Shown here: piece by piece, positions 1 to 9,616 of the stretch
Layout: every line of letters begins with the position of its first letter
How positions within the stretch are numbered: the stretch's first letter is position 1
From: Planctomycetota bacterium
Lineage (GTDB): Bacteria > Planctomycetota > GCA-002687715 > DRQF01
Direction: 5' to 3'
Assembly: GCA_024275615.1 (NCBI GenBank)
Contig: JAJRYU010000388.1
Location: forward strand, 1 to 37,906
Length of the DNA stretch: 37,906 bases
Translations under genes and position numbers: made by a program
The notes under the pieces: model-generated
The model's database searches: none
What the model was told of the DNA's origin: nothing
The model's input: the letters and a program-made list of their open reading frames with translations, nothing else

Positions 1-1
1 A

Positions 2-559
2 ATACCAGCACGAGCAACGATTCGCGGGCAAGACATCGTGAATTCCATCAACAAAAAGGAAAGAGACGGCCCCATAGCCACGTCATTTCAACTGGCGCTG
101 CGCACCAACCAAAGAGAGCTAGACCCCAACGAGTGGTTCACTGCCGAATGGCAGGGGACGATTCCGCTCATGCTGGCACCAGCCCTTCATTTCGTGGGTA
201 TTAAGAGAGAATCACTCAGTGCCCTTCAAGCCGACCTTCACTTGCAGCTCGAGTTGGACAACCCCAACACCTATGCCATTCATCTTCGCTCGCTCGCCAT
301 CGAACTCGAGATCAATGGTCTTTCATTTGGCCGCATTGAATCAAAGGAAATTGACCGCGGGATTCCAGGTGGCGAACGCATTCAGGTCAAAGTCTCTCAT
401 TCCTACCGTCTGTCAAATGAAGGAAGCGAGATCTTTAAGATCTTGGCCCATTCCGAGACTTTTCGAGTTGTCGTTGTCGGTGAAGCGGAACTGGCGTTCG
501 ACTCGCCTCTGTCGCCAGTCAAGGCTAACCTCTCCACCGATGGAACCGCACGGCCTTAA
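2..559 (+). CDS. LEA type 2 (LEA_2/WHy-like) domain protein, probably 5'-truncated by the window edge
   Basis: The frame is open from base 2 to TAA at 557-559. The C-terminal part has the LEA_2-type pattern LxLxNPNxYxIxLxxLxxELxING followed by IPGG. Confidence 0.6.
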   Translation: MPARATIRGQDIVNSINKKERDGPIATSFQLALRTNQRELDPNEWFTAEWQGTIPLMLAPALHFVGIKRESLSALQADLHLQLELDNPNTYAIHLRSLAIELEINGLSFGRIESKEIDRGIPGGERIQVKVSHSYRLSNEGSEIFKILAHSETFRVVVVGEAELAFDSPLSPVKANLSTDGTARP

Positions 560-734
560 AGTCCGCGCAAGAATAACTTCCTGTCTTGGCCACAGATTTG
601 GGTCCGATTCGGTTTGGGCGATTGAGCGGGGACCGCAGCAAACTCACTGTACTCGAGGATTCACGCGATTGAGCACAGATCGTAGATGGCCTGAAGAGGG
701 GACTCAAAACAGGGAGTTATTTTTGCGTGGACCC
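559..734. mobile_element. MITE-like non-autonomous element, 176 bp
   Basis: 28-bp terminal inverted repeats at 561-588 and 705-732 match at 24/28 positions. TTA flanks both sides (556-558, 735-737). No credible internal gene. Confidence 0.65.
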
Positions 735-869
735 TTAGTGCAATCTCTGCAAGGCGAGCAGAAGCGCTAAGGCGCACAACCACCCAGGGCTCCTTGCGAA
801 GTGAACGAGTGTTGGACGTCAGTCCGGCATCTCTTCTTCTTGTTCTTCTTCAGCTAGCCTGGACCGGCC

Positions 870-1928
870 TCATTTCTTGTCGGACATCGGACCGATGTAT
901 TTGGTCGCGACAACCAAGTTGTCGAAGTAGACGATGTTCTTGTCAGCCTTGCCTCTCTTTGCCGCTCGACCGGACACGTACCATTGCAGCATGGCGCGAT
1001 TGATCTGCAGGCGTTTGTCTGTTCGCCAATTGAATCCTTCGAACGGTTGCGGATTCTTGTACCACGTGCCCTTGGTCACAAGTCGGTCTCTGATCCAGGC
1101 ACTCATGGGGCGACCGGGACCGTAATGCCCCACTTTCTTGCCGTCGATCCAAAAAGCTTGCTCGCCGTCGTGTTTGCCGATCTTGTTGAGTTGCACCATG
1201 AATTCGAGACAAATCCACTTTTCGCGACCAACGAATGGACGTTGGTCATCCGGCATGAAACTGTTGCCATAGTAAGCATTGGGGCGGCCATCGGCTTTGC
1301 CTCCGGGTGTCTGCCAACTTCGCATCTCGTGCCAATAGGTGTAGAACATCCACCCTTTCCGGCCCTTGGGCGCTCGATCCAAGTTAGGTGGCTCAAGAGT
1401 CGTGCCGAATTTGCCGTTCTCGCCACCCGGTGGCCTGATGCCCGCACCTCCCCCGAAGCGGTACTTGTAGGTCGGCATGTGCCCGCTCATGTTAATGAAG
1501 TGGTGCGGCGTCACTGTGTTCTTGTCAAAGCGGCAATAGACTCGAAGGTAGCAGCGGTCGACGCCTTTCCTCCATGTCAATTGGAGATCGCCACCGGCAT
1601 CGACACCCCTTGTTGCTCTGATTTTCGCACAAGCCCTCCCAGAGCGAGCCAACTTCTTGCTCTTGAGAATCTCAACACCCTTCCGCCTTTTCTTAAGATC
1701 GCCTTCAATGCCACTCTCAAAACCAGTGGCGTAGATAACTGCTGGATTCTTCTCGATGCCACGGTCTTGGGAATACCGAGCAGCTAACCCCGGTCCAGAT
1801 TCGTCAGCTCTCTTTTGCCCCGTGCGACGGAGACCTTGGCCTTGGAGTGCAGCCGGAGCAAGAAAAAGGAAAAGGAGAATTCCGGCAAGAACGCAGTTCC
1901 TGGGCTCAGATGCGACAGTCAATTTCAT
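870..1928 (-). CDS. Secreted protein, polysaccharide lyase-like (beta-jelly-roll / ConA-like fold)
   Basis: Signal-peptide-like N-terminus. Motifs TGFESG, YLRVYCRF, WICLEFMVQLN..DGEQAFWIDG and VYFDNLVVAT..IGP are typical of PL14/Polysacc_lyase-like proteins. Confidence 0.55.
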   Translation of the reverse strand: MKLTVASEPRNCVLAGILLFLFLAPAALQGQGLRRTGQKRADESGPGLAARYSQDRGIEKNPAVIYATGFESGIEGDLKKRRKGVEILKSKKLARSGRACAKIRATRGVDAGGDLQLTWRKGVDRCYLRVYCRFDKNTVTPHHFINMSGHMPTYKYRFGGGAGIRPPGGENGKFGTTLEPPNLDRAPKGRKGWMFYTYWHEMRSWQTPGGKADGRPNAYYGNSFMPDDQRPFVGREKWICLEFMVQLNKIGKHDGEQAFWIDGKKVGHYGPGRPMSAWIRDRLVTKGTWYKNPQPFEGFNWRTDKRLQINRAMLQWYVSGRAAKRGKADKNIVYFDNLVVATKYIGPMSDKK

Positions 1929-2142
1929 GTGATCTCAGTTCTCTTGAGAGAAAGGTGCGCATGGGCGACATTGTCCATGATCTTATGAATGGGGCGGTTC
2001 AGGCAAGACCAGATAAAGCTCAAAGCCCAGTTTCTGTCAAGTCTATACTGCATTTCGCCACAAACTCGTGAACTCGGCTGGCTGACCAACGTATCATGGA
2101 GGAGCGAGACCGCGGTTCACCGCGGTGGCAAAAGGAGAAGCA

Positions 2143-4134
2143 ATGGATCCCTCGACAAGACGAGTTTTTGCCCTGGGCACTTTCTTGCTTATTGCAGTGG
2201 TCGCCGCTTTTCTTTGGCAATCGAAGGCCTCCTACTCGGATGTCGAACTTGGGCAAGGCGCTGACCCATTAGGATTCGATCACGAAGGCCCAAGGCGCGA
2301 CGTCAGGAATCCACTTTCCACCTTGGAGATCCCGGAAGGAAACACCCCAGGCCCAAATATCCAGAAACAGCCTGATTTGGAGTCCGCCGCGAGACTCTAC
2401 ACTGGGCCAATCCACTTTGAAGGCGAGGTCAGCGACAATGCTGACTCTGAAATCCCTATCGCCAATGCGAAGGTCAGTCTTTTTGCGGACTTTGACGATG
2501 GCTCTTTGGTTTTCCTCGTTTCCACAACAACAAACCAAGAAGGCGAGTTCTCAGTAACGACCTTGGCGCTAGCTGGATATCGGGAATGCGCCATCAACAA
2601 GACAATGCTACGCTGCATGGCAACGGCTGACGGCTTCATTCCGGATTGGGAATGGGGCTCCATCACGACAAGAACAACGAATTCAGTGATGATCGGTCTT
2701 CAACGTGGCCAAGGAGTACGTGGGCGTCTTGTCGATCATCGAGGGCAGATCGTCTCGAATGGCACGGTCACGGCTCTTCAGTGGAGCGAAAGTCAAGGCT
2801 ACTATGATGACTTGAATTCAGCCAAAGTACTGCCCGATGGTTCTTTTGGTCTTTCGATCGACGTAGAAGGCCCAGTGATTCTTGAGTTCAACACACCCCA
2901 AGGCGCCGCCCGTTTCCCAGACGTATCCCCAAGAAATGACACGGTTGTTGACCTGGGGGAGATCGTTGTCTCCGAGCTGGGTGTCATTGAGGGTGTGATG
3001 GTGGATAAGGTGGGATCACCTGTTCCTTTCCTTCCTTTCTACATTTCCTTGGTCGACTACGATGACAAGACCCCCTACGAGGAGCCCGGCTTGGAGGAAG
3101 GACGCGTCCATACTGACAAGCAAGGCAAATTCAGAGTCATCGGACTGAAAGTGGGACGACGGTACTATTTTTCCTACGCAGGTTCATTGGGGCAATCAGA
3201 TAACCACATGGCAACGACAAGAGATCTGCGACTGGTCAATACGGAGAGTCGCCTCCTTGTCCATGTCGAAGATGAAAATGGACAGCCCATCCGGGGGGTC
3301 GATCTACAACTTTTGGTCGAACGCAAAGACCCAAGAAACAAGATCTTCTACCAGACCAAGGACCGTATGTTCACGATGTCCACCAAGGCCTACGCTGTTT
3401 TCGATCTCGCGCTCGACGAGAACTACGCACTGAGGGCGTCCTTGAACAACCAAGCAACTTACTACGCTGTTGACAGACCTGTTCCCAAGCCCGTCGTCGG
3501 TACGCAAATGATGAAAATCGTCATGCCCACGGCGCCGGCGGAGAGATGGTTGGAACTGCGGGTTCTGCAGGCGAAGAACGGCAGAACAACGGATTTCTCG
3601 GCCCAGCTCCTATCGGCAAGGACCGAAGAGCCAGCCCAAATATTCACGTTCGGAAAAGGAGGCCGTGAGAGGATCCGAGTCGCTCCTGGCAAATGGATTC
3701 TTGAGGTCTTCCCTAGACGAAGAGATGGCTGGAGAACACGCGCGCCCAGTTTTGCCGTCGGTCACCGCGAGACGATCGACGTCCCGACGACAGGAACGAT
3801 TCGCAAAGACATCCACCTTCGAATCGGTGGACGTTTGGCGATAAGAGCGGCACGTCTGAACGAAAATGTCACGAACGGTCCGATCACCATGGTCGCCGTC
3901 GCTCGGTCAAATGGCGCCAACCACTTATTTCGATTTGCAGCCTGTCGCTCACGGGGGAGAGAAGATTTCGCAAGCCTGGGAAACAACTGGAAGTGGTACC
4001 GGCAGGCCTTTCTCCCAGGGGTATACGATATTGAGTTCAGCTCCCCTTGGCACCAGACGATCCGCAGAACGGTTACAGTTGAATCAAACAAGATGACACT
4101 CGTGACGATCATCCTGGAGAACAAGGAAAAGTAG
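2143..4134 (+). CDS. Membrane-anchored carboxypeptidase-regulatory-like (transthyretin-like repeat) domain protein
   Basis: AAGGAG lies 5 nt before ATG 2143 (ORF track starts at 2125). One N-terminal TM segment, then repeats of G-x-V-x-D-x-x-G-x-P-I/V ... T-D-x-x-G-x-F. Confidence 0.7.
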   Translation: MDPSTRRVFALGTFLLIAVVAAFLWQSKASYSDVELGQGADPLGFDHEGPRRDVRNPLSTLEIPEGNTPGPNIQKQPDLESAARLYTGPIHFEGEVSDNADSEIPIANAKVSLFADFDDGSLVFLVSTTTNQEGEFSVTTLALAGYRECAINKTMLRCMATADGFIPDWEWGSITTRTTNSVMIGLQRGQGVRGRLVDHRGQIVSNGTVTALQWSESQGYYDDLNSAKVLPDGSFGLSIDVEGPVILEFNTPQGAARFPDVSPRNDTVVDLGEIVVSELGVIEGVMVDKVGSPVPFLPFYISLVDYDDKTPYEEPGLEEGRVHTDKQGKFRVIGLKVGRRYYFSYAGSLGQSDNHMATTRDLRLVNTESRLLVHVEDENGQPIRGVDLQLLVERKDPRNKIFYQTKDRMFTMSTKAYAVFDLALDENYALRASLNNQATYYAVDRPVPKPVVGTQMMKIVMPTAPAERWLELRVLQAKNGRTTDFSAQLLSARTEEPAQIFTFGKGGRERIRVAPGKWILEVFPRRRDGWRTRAPSFAVGHRETIDVPTTGTIRKDIHLRIGGRLAIRAARLNENVTNGPITMVAVARSNGANHLFRFAACRSRGREDFASLGNNWKWYRQAFLPGVYDIEFSSPWHQTIRRTVTVESNKMTLVTIILENKEK

Positions 4135-4231
4135 AGGCGTGAGAGTTCTTGAGAAATTGTGCGCAGCAACGGAAGTGAAGGGGACCACCGAACGTCGAGA
4201 GGCTTGGCGCGGCCCTTGACATTTCCACCGC

Positions 4232-4283
4232 ATGGCAACGCAAAGAAGAAAGAAAAGAAAAAATGCCGAACTGACGTTCAGCG
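4232..4283 (-). terminator. Probable intrinsic terminator for the MsbA-like gene, formed by the left REP unit
   Basis: On the minus strand the hairpin GCTGAAC-GTCA-GTTCGGC is followed by ATTTTTTCTTTTC. Confidence 0.45.
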
Positions 4284-4357
4284 CTCCCGATCGCTTCGCA
4301 AGAGTTTTCTGTGTGGCCGGGACCACCGAACGGGAGCGCCGAACGTCAGTTCGGCAT
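4263..4357. repeat. Inverted REP-like doublet (REPIN-like)
   Basis: 27-bp inverted repeat at 4263-4289 / 4331-4357 with 1 mismatch and a 41-nt spacer. Each unit is GGAG-C-GCYGAAC-GTCA-GTTCGGC-A, a tetranucleotide followed by an internal palindrome. Confidence 0.7.
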
Positions 4358-4422
4358 CTTGGCTTTTCGTACATAGACACATCGTCGCCAACAGTGTTGC
4401 TTTTCTGTGTGAACCCAAGTTC

Positions 4423-6288
4423 TCACGCATCCATGCCGACTTTGTCCTGAGATTGATAGAGGCGGGCGTAGACACCTTGGACTTGAATCAGCTCGGCGTG
4501 ATTTCCTTCTTCCACGAGCCTACCTTCTTCAATAACCAAAATTTTGTCGGCATCGACGATGGTCGAAAGTCGGTGGGCGATGACCAAGGCCGTCCGGCCT
4601 TTGAGAAGGTTCTTCAGAGCTTCCTGAACTGTCCTCTCCGACTCTGTGTCCAGGCTACTGGTCGCCTCGTCGAGTATGAGGAAGGAAGCATCTTTTAGGA
4701 TGGCCCGAGCGATGGTCACGCGCTGCAATTGCCCCCCAGACAAACTTGCCCCGCGCTCACCCACAAGAGTGTCATAGCCTTCGGGAAGACCAATGATAAG
4801 TTCATGGATGTGCGCCGCTTTCGCTGCAGCCTCGATTTCAGAATCGCTGGCATCAATCCGACCGTAGGCAATATTCTCGCGAATCGTCGTGTTGAAGAGA
4901 AACGGTCTCTGACTGACGACGGCCATCTGACTGAGCAAGCTTTCGCGGGTGATTTCGGTGGCAGGATGATTGTCAAAAGTGATTCTCCCGGCACAAGGTT
5001 CGTGAAAGCGAAACAGAAGGTCGGCAATGGTGGACTTTCCAGCGCCAGATGGACCAACCAATGCGACGGTCGTGCCGCAGGCGATCTCGAAACTCAGATC
5101 GCGCAAGACGGGGATCGATGAACCATCTTCGTCCAAGTAGGAGAAGCTCACTCGGTCAAAGGAGATAGAATCGACAATGGGCCCAATGCTGATGGCGCCC
5201 GGTACGTCGGGAACCTCCACTTCTCGATCAATGATCTCAAAGACACGCGCCGTGGCAGCCATGGACTCTTGCCAATCATTGTAGGCCACAGAAATGCGTC
5301 TGAGCGGACGGTAAGCTGTGGCCATGGCAATCAGAAAAGCCATGAAAGTCGAAGCATTCAATCCCCACATTTCATTGATCGTGAGCCAACCGCCTGCACC
5401 CATGATCAAAGCAAGAGTAATTCCATAGACGACGTCCATGATACCCCGCCCCGCCGCCTTGGCTCGGATGAGTGACGACTGACGTTTCAACCAGCGCCGA
5501 TTGACTTCACGATAACGCGCGGACTCAAGTTTCTCAGCGCGAAAAGCCTTGATGACACGCAGGCCCGATAGGGCCTGATTGATGGCTTCCATGCTCTCCC
5601 CCAAAGACACAAGGCTCTGACGACTACGCTTGCGCACTTTCTTGCCAATAATGGCAAGAGGAAGAACAATAAACGGCCCGACGATGAGAGTCACCAGCGT
5701 CAGGCGCCAGTTAAGATTGAGAGCGACCAAGAGCGCCAAGGCAAAAATCAACGGTTGTAAGACAAGGATGAGCAGAAAAATGCGCACGGCGTTATAGGTA
5801 ATCTGAACGTCAGTCGAAAAACGTGACACCAAATCTCCGACTTTGCGCTTGGTGTAGAATGCTACCGGAAGATCAAGAATCTTGTCCATCAATGAACAAC
5901 GCAGATCAACGACAATGAGCGCTGACAGGTAACGTCCAAAGAAGGTGTTGGCGTAGGTGGCGGCTGCCGAGACGATACCCAGAAGAACAAGGCCTACAGT
6001 GATGAAGACAAGAGCTGCAGGGCGAACATCATCAAGGGCGTAGCCGAAGAACGCTGCGAACGAGGAGCCGACTTCCGCGCACCATTTTTGAACCGCAGTC
6101 GCCTCCGCGCCTTGATTTGGAAAAAGAACGTCAATCGCTGCCTTTGCCAAACCGATGGGAGCTATTTCGGCGATAGCCGCCACAACCATCGCCACTAAGG
6201 TGGCCAACAACGTCCCCCGATGGCCTTTGATGCGCCTGAGGAGTCGTAAGGTTTGGGCGAGGCTATTGTCCAGTTTTTCGGCACCCAT
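4423..6288 (-). CDS. MsbA-like ABC exporter (fused TM domain + ATPase)
   Basis: About 6 TM helices, Walker A GPSGAGKS, signature LSGGQ, Walker B ILDEATS, H-loop AHRL. Confidence 0.9.
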   Translation of the reverse strand: MGAEKLDNSLAQTLRLLRRIKGHRGTLLATLVAMVVAAIAEIAPIGLAKAAIDVLFPNQGAEATAVQKWCAEVGSSFAAFFGYALDDVRPAALVFITVGLVLLGIVSAAATYANTFFGRYLSALIVVDLRCSLMDKILDLPVAFYTKRKVGDLVSRFSTDVQITYNAVRIFLLILVLQPLIFALALLVALNLNWRLTLVTLIVGPFIVLPLAIIGKKVRKRSRQSLVSLGESMEAINQALSGLRVIKAFRAEKLESARYREVNRRWLKRQSSLIRAKAAGRGIMDVVYGITLALIMGAGGWLTINEMWGLNASTFMAFLIAMATAYRPLRRISVAYNDWQESMAATARVFEIIDREVEVPDVPGAISIGPIVDSISFDRVSFSYLDEDGSSIPVLRDLSFEIACGTTVALVGPSGAGKSTIADLLFRFHEPCAGRITFDNHPATEITRESLLSQMAVVSQRPFLFNTTIRENIAYGRIDASDSEIEAAAKAAHIHELIIGLPEGYDTLVGERGASLSGGQLQRVTIARAILKDASFLILDEATSSLDTESERTVQEALKNLLKGRTALVIAHRLSTIVDADKILVIEEGRLVEEGNHAELIQVQGVYARLYQSQDKVGMDA

Positions 6289-6291
6289 CCG

Positions 6292-6960
6292 TCAGATTCT
6301 CTCAAAGACAGCGTAGCGGGTTTCGCGCAAAAACCCGGTGCCATAGACGGCAACGAGCTTTAGACCTTCAGGGTTCATCTGCTTCGCCAACCATCCCGTG
6401 GTGTTGGAATAGCGGTTCGACGGTTCGCCACCCACCATTTTGCGGGCGATCCCCAAGAAGCTACGCTCAAGGTAATGAAGAGCGAAGGGATGAAAAAAGG
6501 TGACGATAAGGAGGCGATCGGTAATACGTGCCAACTCCCTCAACACTCGAGATCGGGTTTGCGTGGGCAGGTGGTGAAGGAAGCGGAGGGACAATGTCGT
6601 GTCAAAGACACGAGATCCGAATGATGCATGCTCAAGATCGCAGCGCAAGAGCTTGTGGCTTAGATCTCTTTGACCAAGTCTCTCTCGAGCTTTGAGAAGC
6701 ATAGGGACTGAGAAATCCGCGCCGAAGTAGCGAATGCCACTGCCATCCAATAAGGCGCCTACTCGGCCGACACCACAAGGAGCATCCAAGAGCGGTCCCC
6801 GCACTTCGAAGCGATCGAGGATCTGAATCAAAGTGGCGTTTTCACGCCCCCGACGGCCTTCCGATTTCTTAAGATAATGCTCAGCCATCGAATCTGTGTA
6901 CTTGACCCGACCAGTGTAAGATTCGGGTTCATGTCGCTGTTTGTCGGTAACTGTGCCCAT
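6292..6960 (-). CDS. Class I SAM-dependent methyltransferase
   Basis: Motif I LLDAPCGVGR, GADFS..ML, FD..LSLRFLHH. Start is ATG 6960 or 6972; the ORF-track extension to 7146 overlaps the upstream gene. Confidence 0.8.
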   Translation of the reverse strand: MGTVTDKQRHEPESYTGRVKYTDSMAEHYLKKSEGRRGRENATLIQILDRFEVRGPLLDAPCGVGRVGALLDGSGIRYFGADFSVPMLLKARERLGQRDLSHKLLRCDLEHASFGSRVFDTTLSLRFLHHLPTQTRSRVLRELARITDRLLIVTFFHPFALHYLERSFLGIARKMVGGEPSNRYSNTTGWLAKQMNPEGLKLVAVYGTGFLRETRYAVFERI

Positions 6961-7075
6961 CGGCTTAGGCATCTCCCAGATAGTGAATATCAGGCGTCGG
7001 AGCAGGGCTCCTTGAGATCGCTTATACCAAGATGACGCGGGAGCTAATAGGGCTGGCGAGGACAGTCGGAAACCT

Positions 7076-7837
7076 TCAAGTTCGCGTGCAATAGTGAATG
7101 ACCCCGCCAGCTGTAACCAGCCCCAAGCGAGTTCTCTCACTCTCATCGATCAGATCGGCTATTGTCGTCGCTTCGACATGAAATCCAACTTCCCGCAGTC
7201 TGTCAGCATAATCAGCGCCGTAGATTCTAACATGGTCCTCTTTGCCGAAATGTTTGAGTCGTTCCAGCGGATCAACGATGCTTGGATCCTCGTAAGTCGG
7301 GCGCTTGTCGATCGGCACCAAAAGAATAGCCCAACCGTCTTTCTTCAGAACTCGAAGAAACTCACTCATGGCCAAACGATCGTCCAACACATGCTCCAAG
7401 ACATGACTGCAATAAATCACGTCAAAGGACTCATCCGGATATTCGATGTTGGTGATGTCCATCTTGACCATGGCACGACTGTTGTAGAGGTCTGCCGTCA
7501 AGTATTGGTCACCGAGTTTCTCACGAAAGGCGGGTTCGAAACAAGATTCTGGGGCAACATGAAGCATTCTCTTGGGAGTGTCGGAGAACAGGTCAGTTTT
7601 TTTGGTCAAGAAATGCCACAAGAAGCGATGCCGCTCCAGGCTGCCACAGAACACACATTGGGCACCCTCACGGCGATTGATTCCATACGCACGGAACTTG
7701 CGAGATGTCTTATTGCAGATGGGGCAATAGCGCCCTTCTCCCGCGTAGGGTAACTGCTTGACAAATTGGGTGAGCCCGGAAACGGGTTTCCTAACCCAAT
7801 CAGGCAGCAAGGATCTTGCGGTCGACATGACAATCAT
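7076..7837 (-). CDS. Methyltransf_11-type SAM methyltransferase with N-terminal Zn-ribbon
   Basis: CPIC...CVFCGSLERHR, MLHVAPE, FDVIYCSHVLEHV..D and LK..G. Start is 7837 or 7828. Confidence 0.85.
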   Translation of the reverse strand: MIVMSTARSLLPDWVRKPVSGLTQFVKQLPYAGEGRYCPICNKTSRKFRAYGINRREGAQCVFCGSLERHRFLWHFLTKKTDLFSDTPKRMLHVAPESCFEPAFREKLGDQYLTADLYNSRAMVKMDITNIEYPDESFDVIYCSHVLEHVLDDRLAMSEFLRVLKKDGWAILLVPIDKRPTYEDPSIVDPLERLKHFGKEDHVRIYGADYADRLREVGFHVEATTIADLIDESERTRLGLVTAGGVIHYCTRT

Positions 7838-8085
7838 CCCTCGTTCGGCACTAGACGTTTTCTACCTCTTGTACCAGCTCTGACAAGAATGTCCTGCTTT
7901 GCTCGCCATTTTTCGCCATTTCTGACCCTGACGAGATCCTCCGGCGCAGACGGCAAGATACGAAGGTGTAGCTTGCGCAAGGGTGTCCTACGATTCATGA
8001 CGTTGCGGCCATCAACGGTAGAAAAGCCGACAGAATTTGATCGGATTTCCGGTTTACTTGTTCTCCGTAATACCGATAAGACACG

Positions 8086-9582
8086 GTGAAGCCGCATAGA
8101 AGAAATACCATCCCCGGGTTCTGGGCCCTGAGCTTGGGGGGCTTGGCCTTCTGCATCGCTGCCTTCGTCTGGTTGTGGAATGCCAGTTTGCAAGGTGATG
8201 TTCCAAGCAATGCCTATCACGGTGCCAGCCGCATGATCAACGGCGCATTCGGCGCCTGTATGATCTCCATAGTCTTGATCGTAACCTTGGTTTCGAATCT
8301 CTACACGCCAAGACTGGTCAAGTTGCTGGTACGGCATCCCTTTGTCATCGGCGGGCTCATTTTCACGACGATGACCAATCTTCTCATCGTCTTAGGCGAT
8401 CTCATCTCGCCCACTCATCCTCTCCACCACAACATGCTCTTTTTAGTGTTCTCGGCAATCATCTTGTCGGCGGCAGGACTCATCCCTTTCCTCTACTTCA
8501 TCAGCCAGTTTCTCAGGCCGAGCTATTTCTTGCCCGTGTTGAGAACAAGTGCGCTTAAGAATCTCAGAAAAATCCGCGGCAACGCTCATGAAGAAAAATA
8601 CTACTCCGGCCTCTTCGAAAACATCGACATCATCGCCAACATCGCATTGACCGCTGCTAACCGAGACGATCGACAGCTCATGGGACTTTCTTTGCGAATG
8701 CTCCATGAAATACTCTTAGAAATGATCTCCAAAGAAGAAGGGGAATGCTCAAGGTGGCGTAAAACCAACCACCGATTCCTGACCGGAATATCCTTGGAAG
8801 GTAGAGACTTCCTTGCCGAAGAAACGACTTGGCCAGAAGCCTACTTGCTCGGAAGTCAGCTGCGCGTCCTACGCGGCATCCCGCCAAAGCAGAACGAAGT
8901 CCAGGCCGAGTCCTGCCAACAATTGCGAGATTCATTGACTAAGGCCATCGACTTGGGGAACTGGCGGGTTGCAGATTTACATCGAACTCTGCTCAACTCC
9001 TACATGCGATTGGCGATCGATAAGCGCGACTTGGAACGCTACCAAGGGCTTTCGTACACCTACCGGCTCATCCTTGATGCGGAATGCGCTCGTAGTGAAG
9101 ATCTTCACCCACTTGCACCTTGGTTTGCGAGTTGGGAGTACTACGCATTCTACGCTCATGATCGTGGCTTGACATTCGGATGCGCAACGACGCTCTATGA
9201 TTCTGGAAATCTTCTTATCAACCTGAGTCGGAAAAACGAACAGGTGGCGATTGATGTACTTGGCAACTTTGTTGCCGCGACATGGAAGTTGGGCGTCGGC
9301 GCCGAAGGAAGATTGCAACGGGCCGCGCTGCGTGTCGTTGTACAGACCTACTGGAAGGCCAAGGCCGCAGGCAATGAATTGCTGGCGTCTGAAATCGAAA
9401 GGCGATTCTTGCCAGACGCAGAAATCCACGCTCGGATATTGGATGACATTTTCAGCAAGAGAACGGGTCGGCACTCGGAGTTCAATGATCGATTCCTACG
9501 CTTCACATACCTACCAGACAACGTCCTCAGCCGTTGCCAGTCATTTCATGCTGAACACAGCAAGACTCCGGTAATGACCTAG
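8086..9582 (+). CDS. DUF2254-like membrane protein with large C-terminal helical region
   Basis: Four N-terminal TM segments with SNLYTPRL (compare the DUF2254 SxQYxPR pattern), FL-R-P after TM4, and DIIANIA..A..RDD. Confidence 0.55.
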   Translation: MKPHRRNTIPGFWALSLGGLAFCIAAFVWLWNASLQGDVPSNAYHGASRMINGAFGACMISIVLIVTLVSNLYTPRLVKLLVRHPFVIGGLIFTTMTNLLIVLGDLISPTHPLHHNMLFLVFSAIILSAAGLIPFLYFISQFLRPSYFLPVLRTSALKNLRKIRGNAHEEKYYSGLFENIDIIANIALTAANRDDRQLMGLSLRMLHEILLEMISKEEGECSRWRKTNHRFLTGISLEGRDFLAEETTWPEAYLLGSQLRVLRGIPPKQNEVQAESCQQLRDSLTKAIDLGNWRVADLHRTLLNSYMRLAIDKRDLERYQGLSYTYRLILDAECARSEDLHPLAPWFASWEYYAFYAHDRGLTFGCATTLYDSGNLLINLSRKNEQVAIDVLGNFVAATWKLGVGAEGRLQRAALRVVVQTYWKAKAAGNELLASEIERRFLPDAEIHARILDDIFSKRTGRHSEFNDRFLRFTYLPDNVLSRCQSFHAEHSKTPVMT

Positions 9583-9616
9583 AATCGAAAACTGTGAGGC
9601 TGATCGCCCACAGGCC

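Noticed and set aside
4216-4221. Perfect TTGACA between convergent genes
   Set aside because: No -10 box at 16-18 nt and no credible downstream gene.
6973-7146. N-terminal extension of the first methyltransferase overlapping the second by 71 nt
   Set aside because: Explained by longest-ORF calling; better starts with GGGAG exist at 6960/6972. No evidence of a frameshift fusion.
7903-7922. Tandem TCGCCATTT(T/C) duplication
   Set aside because: Two 10-mers only; compatible with chance or slippage.
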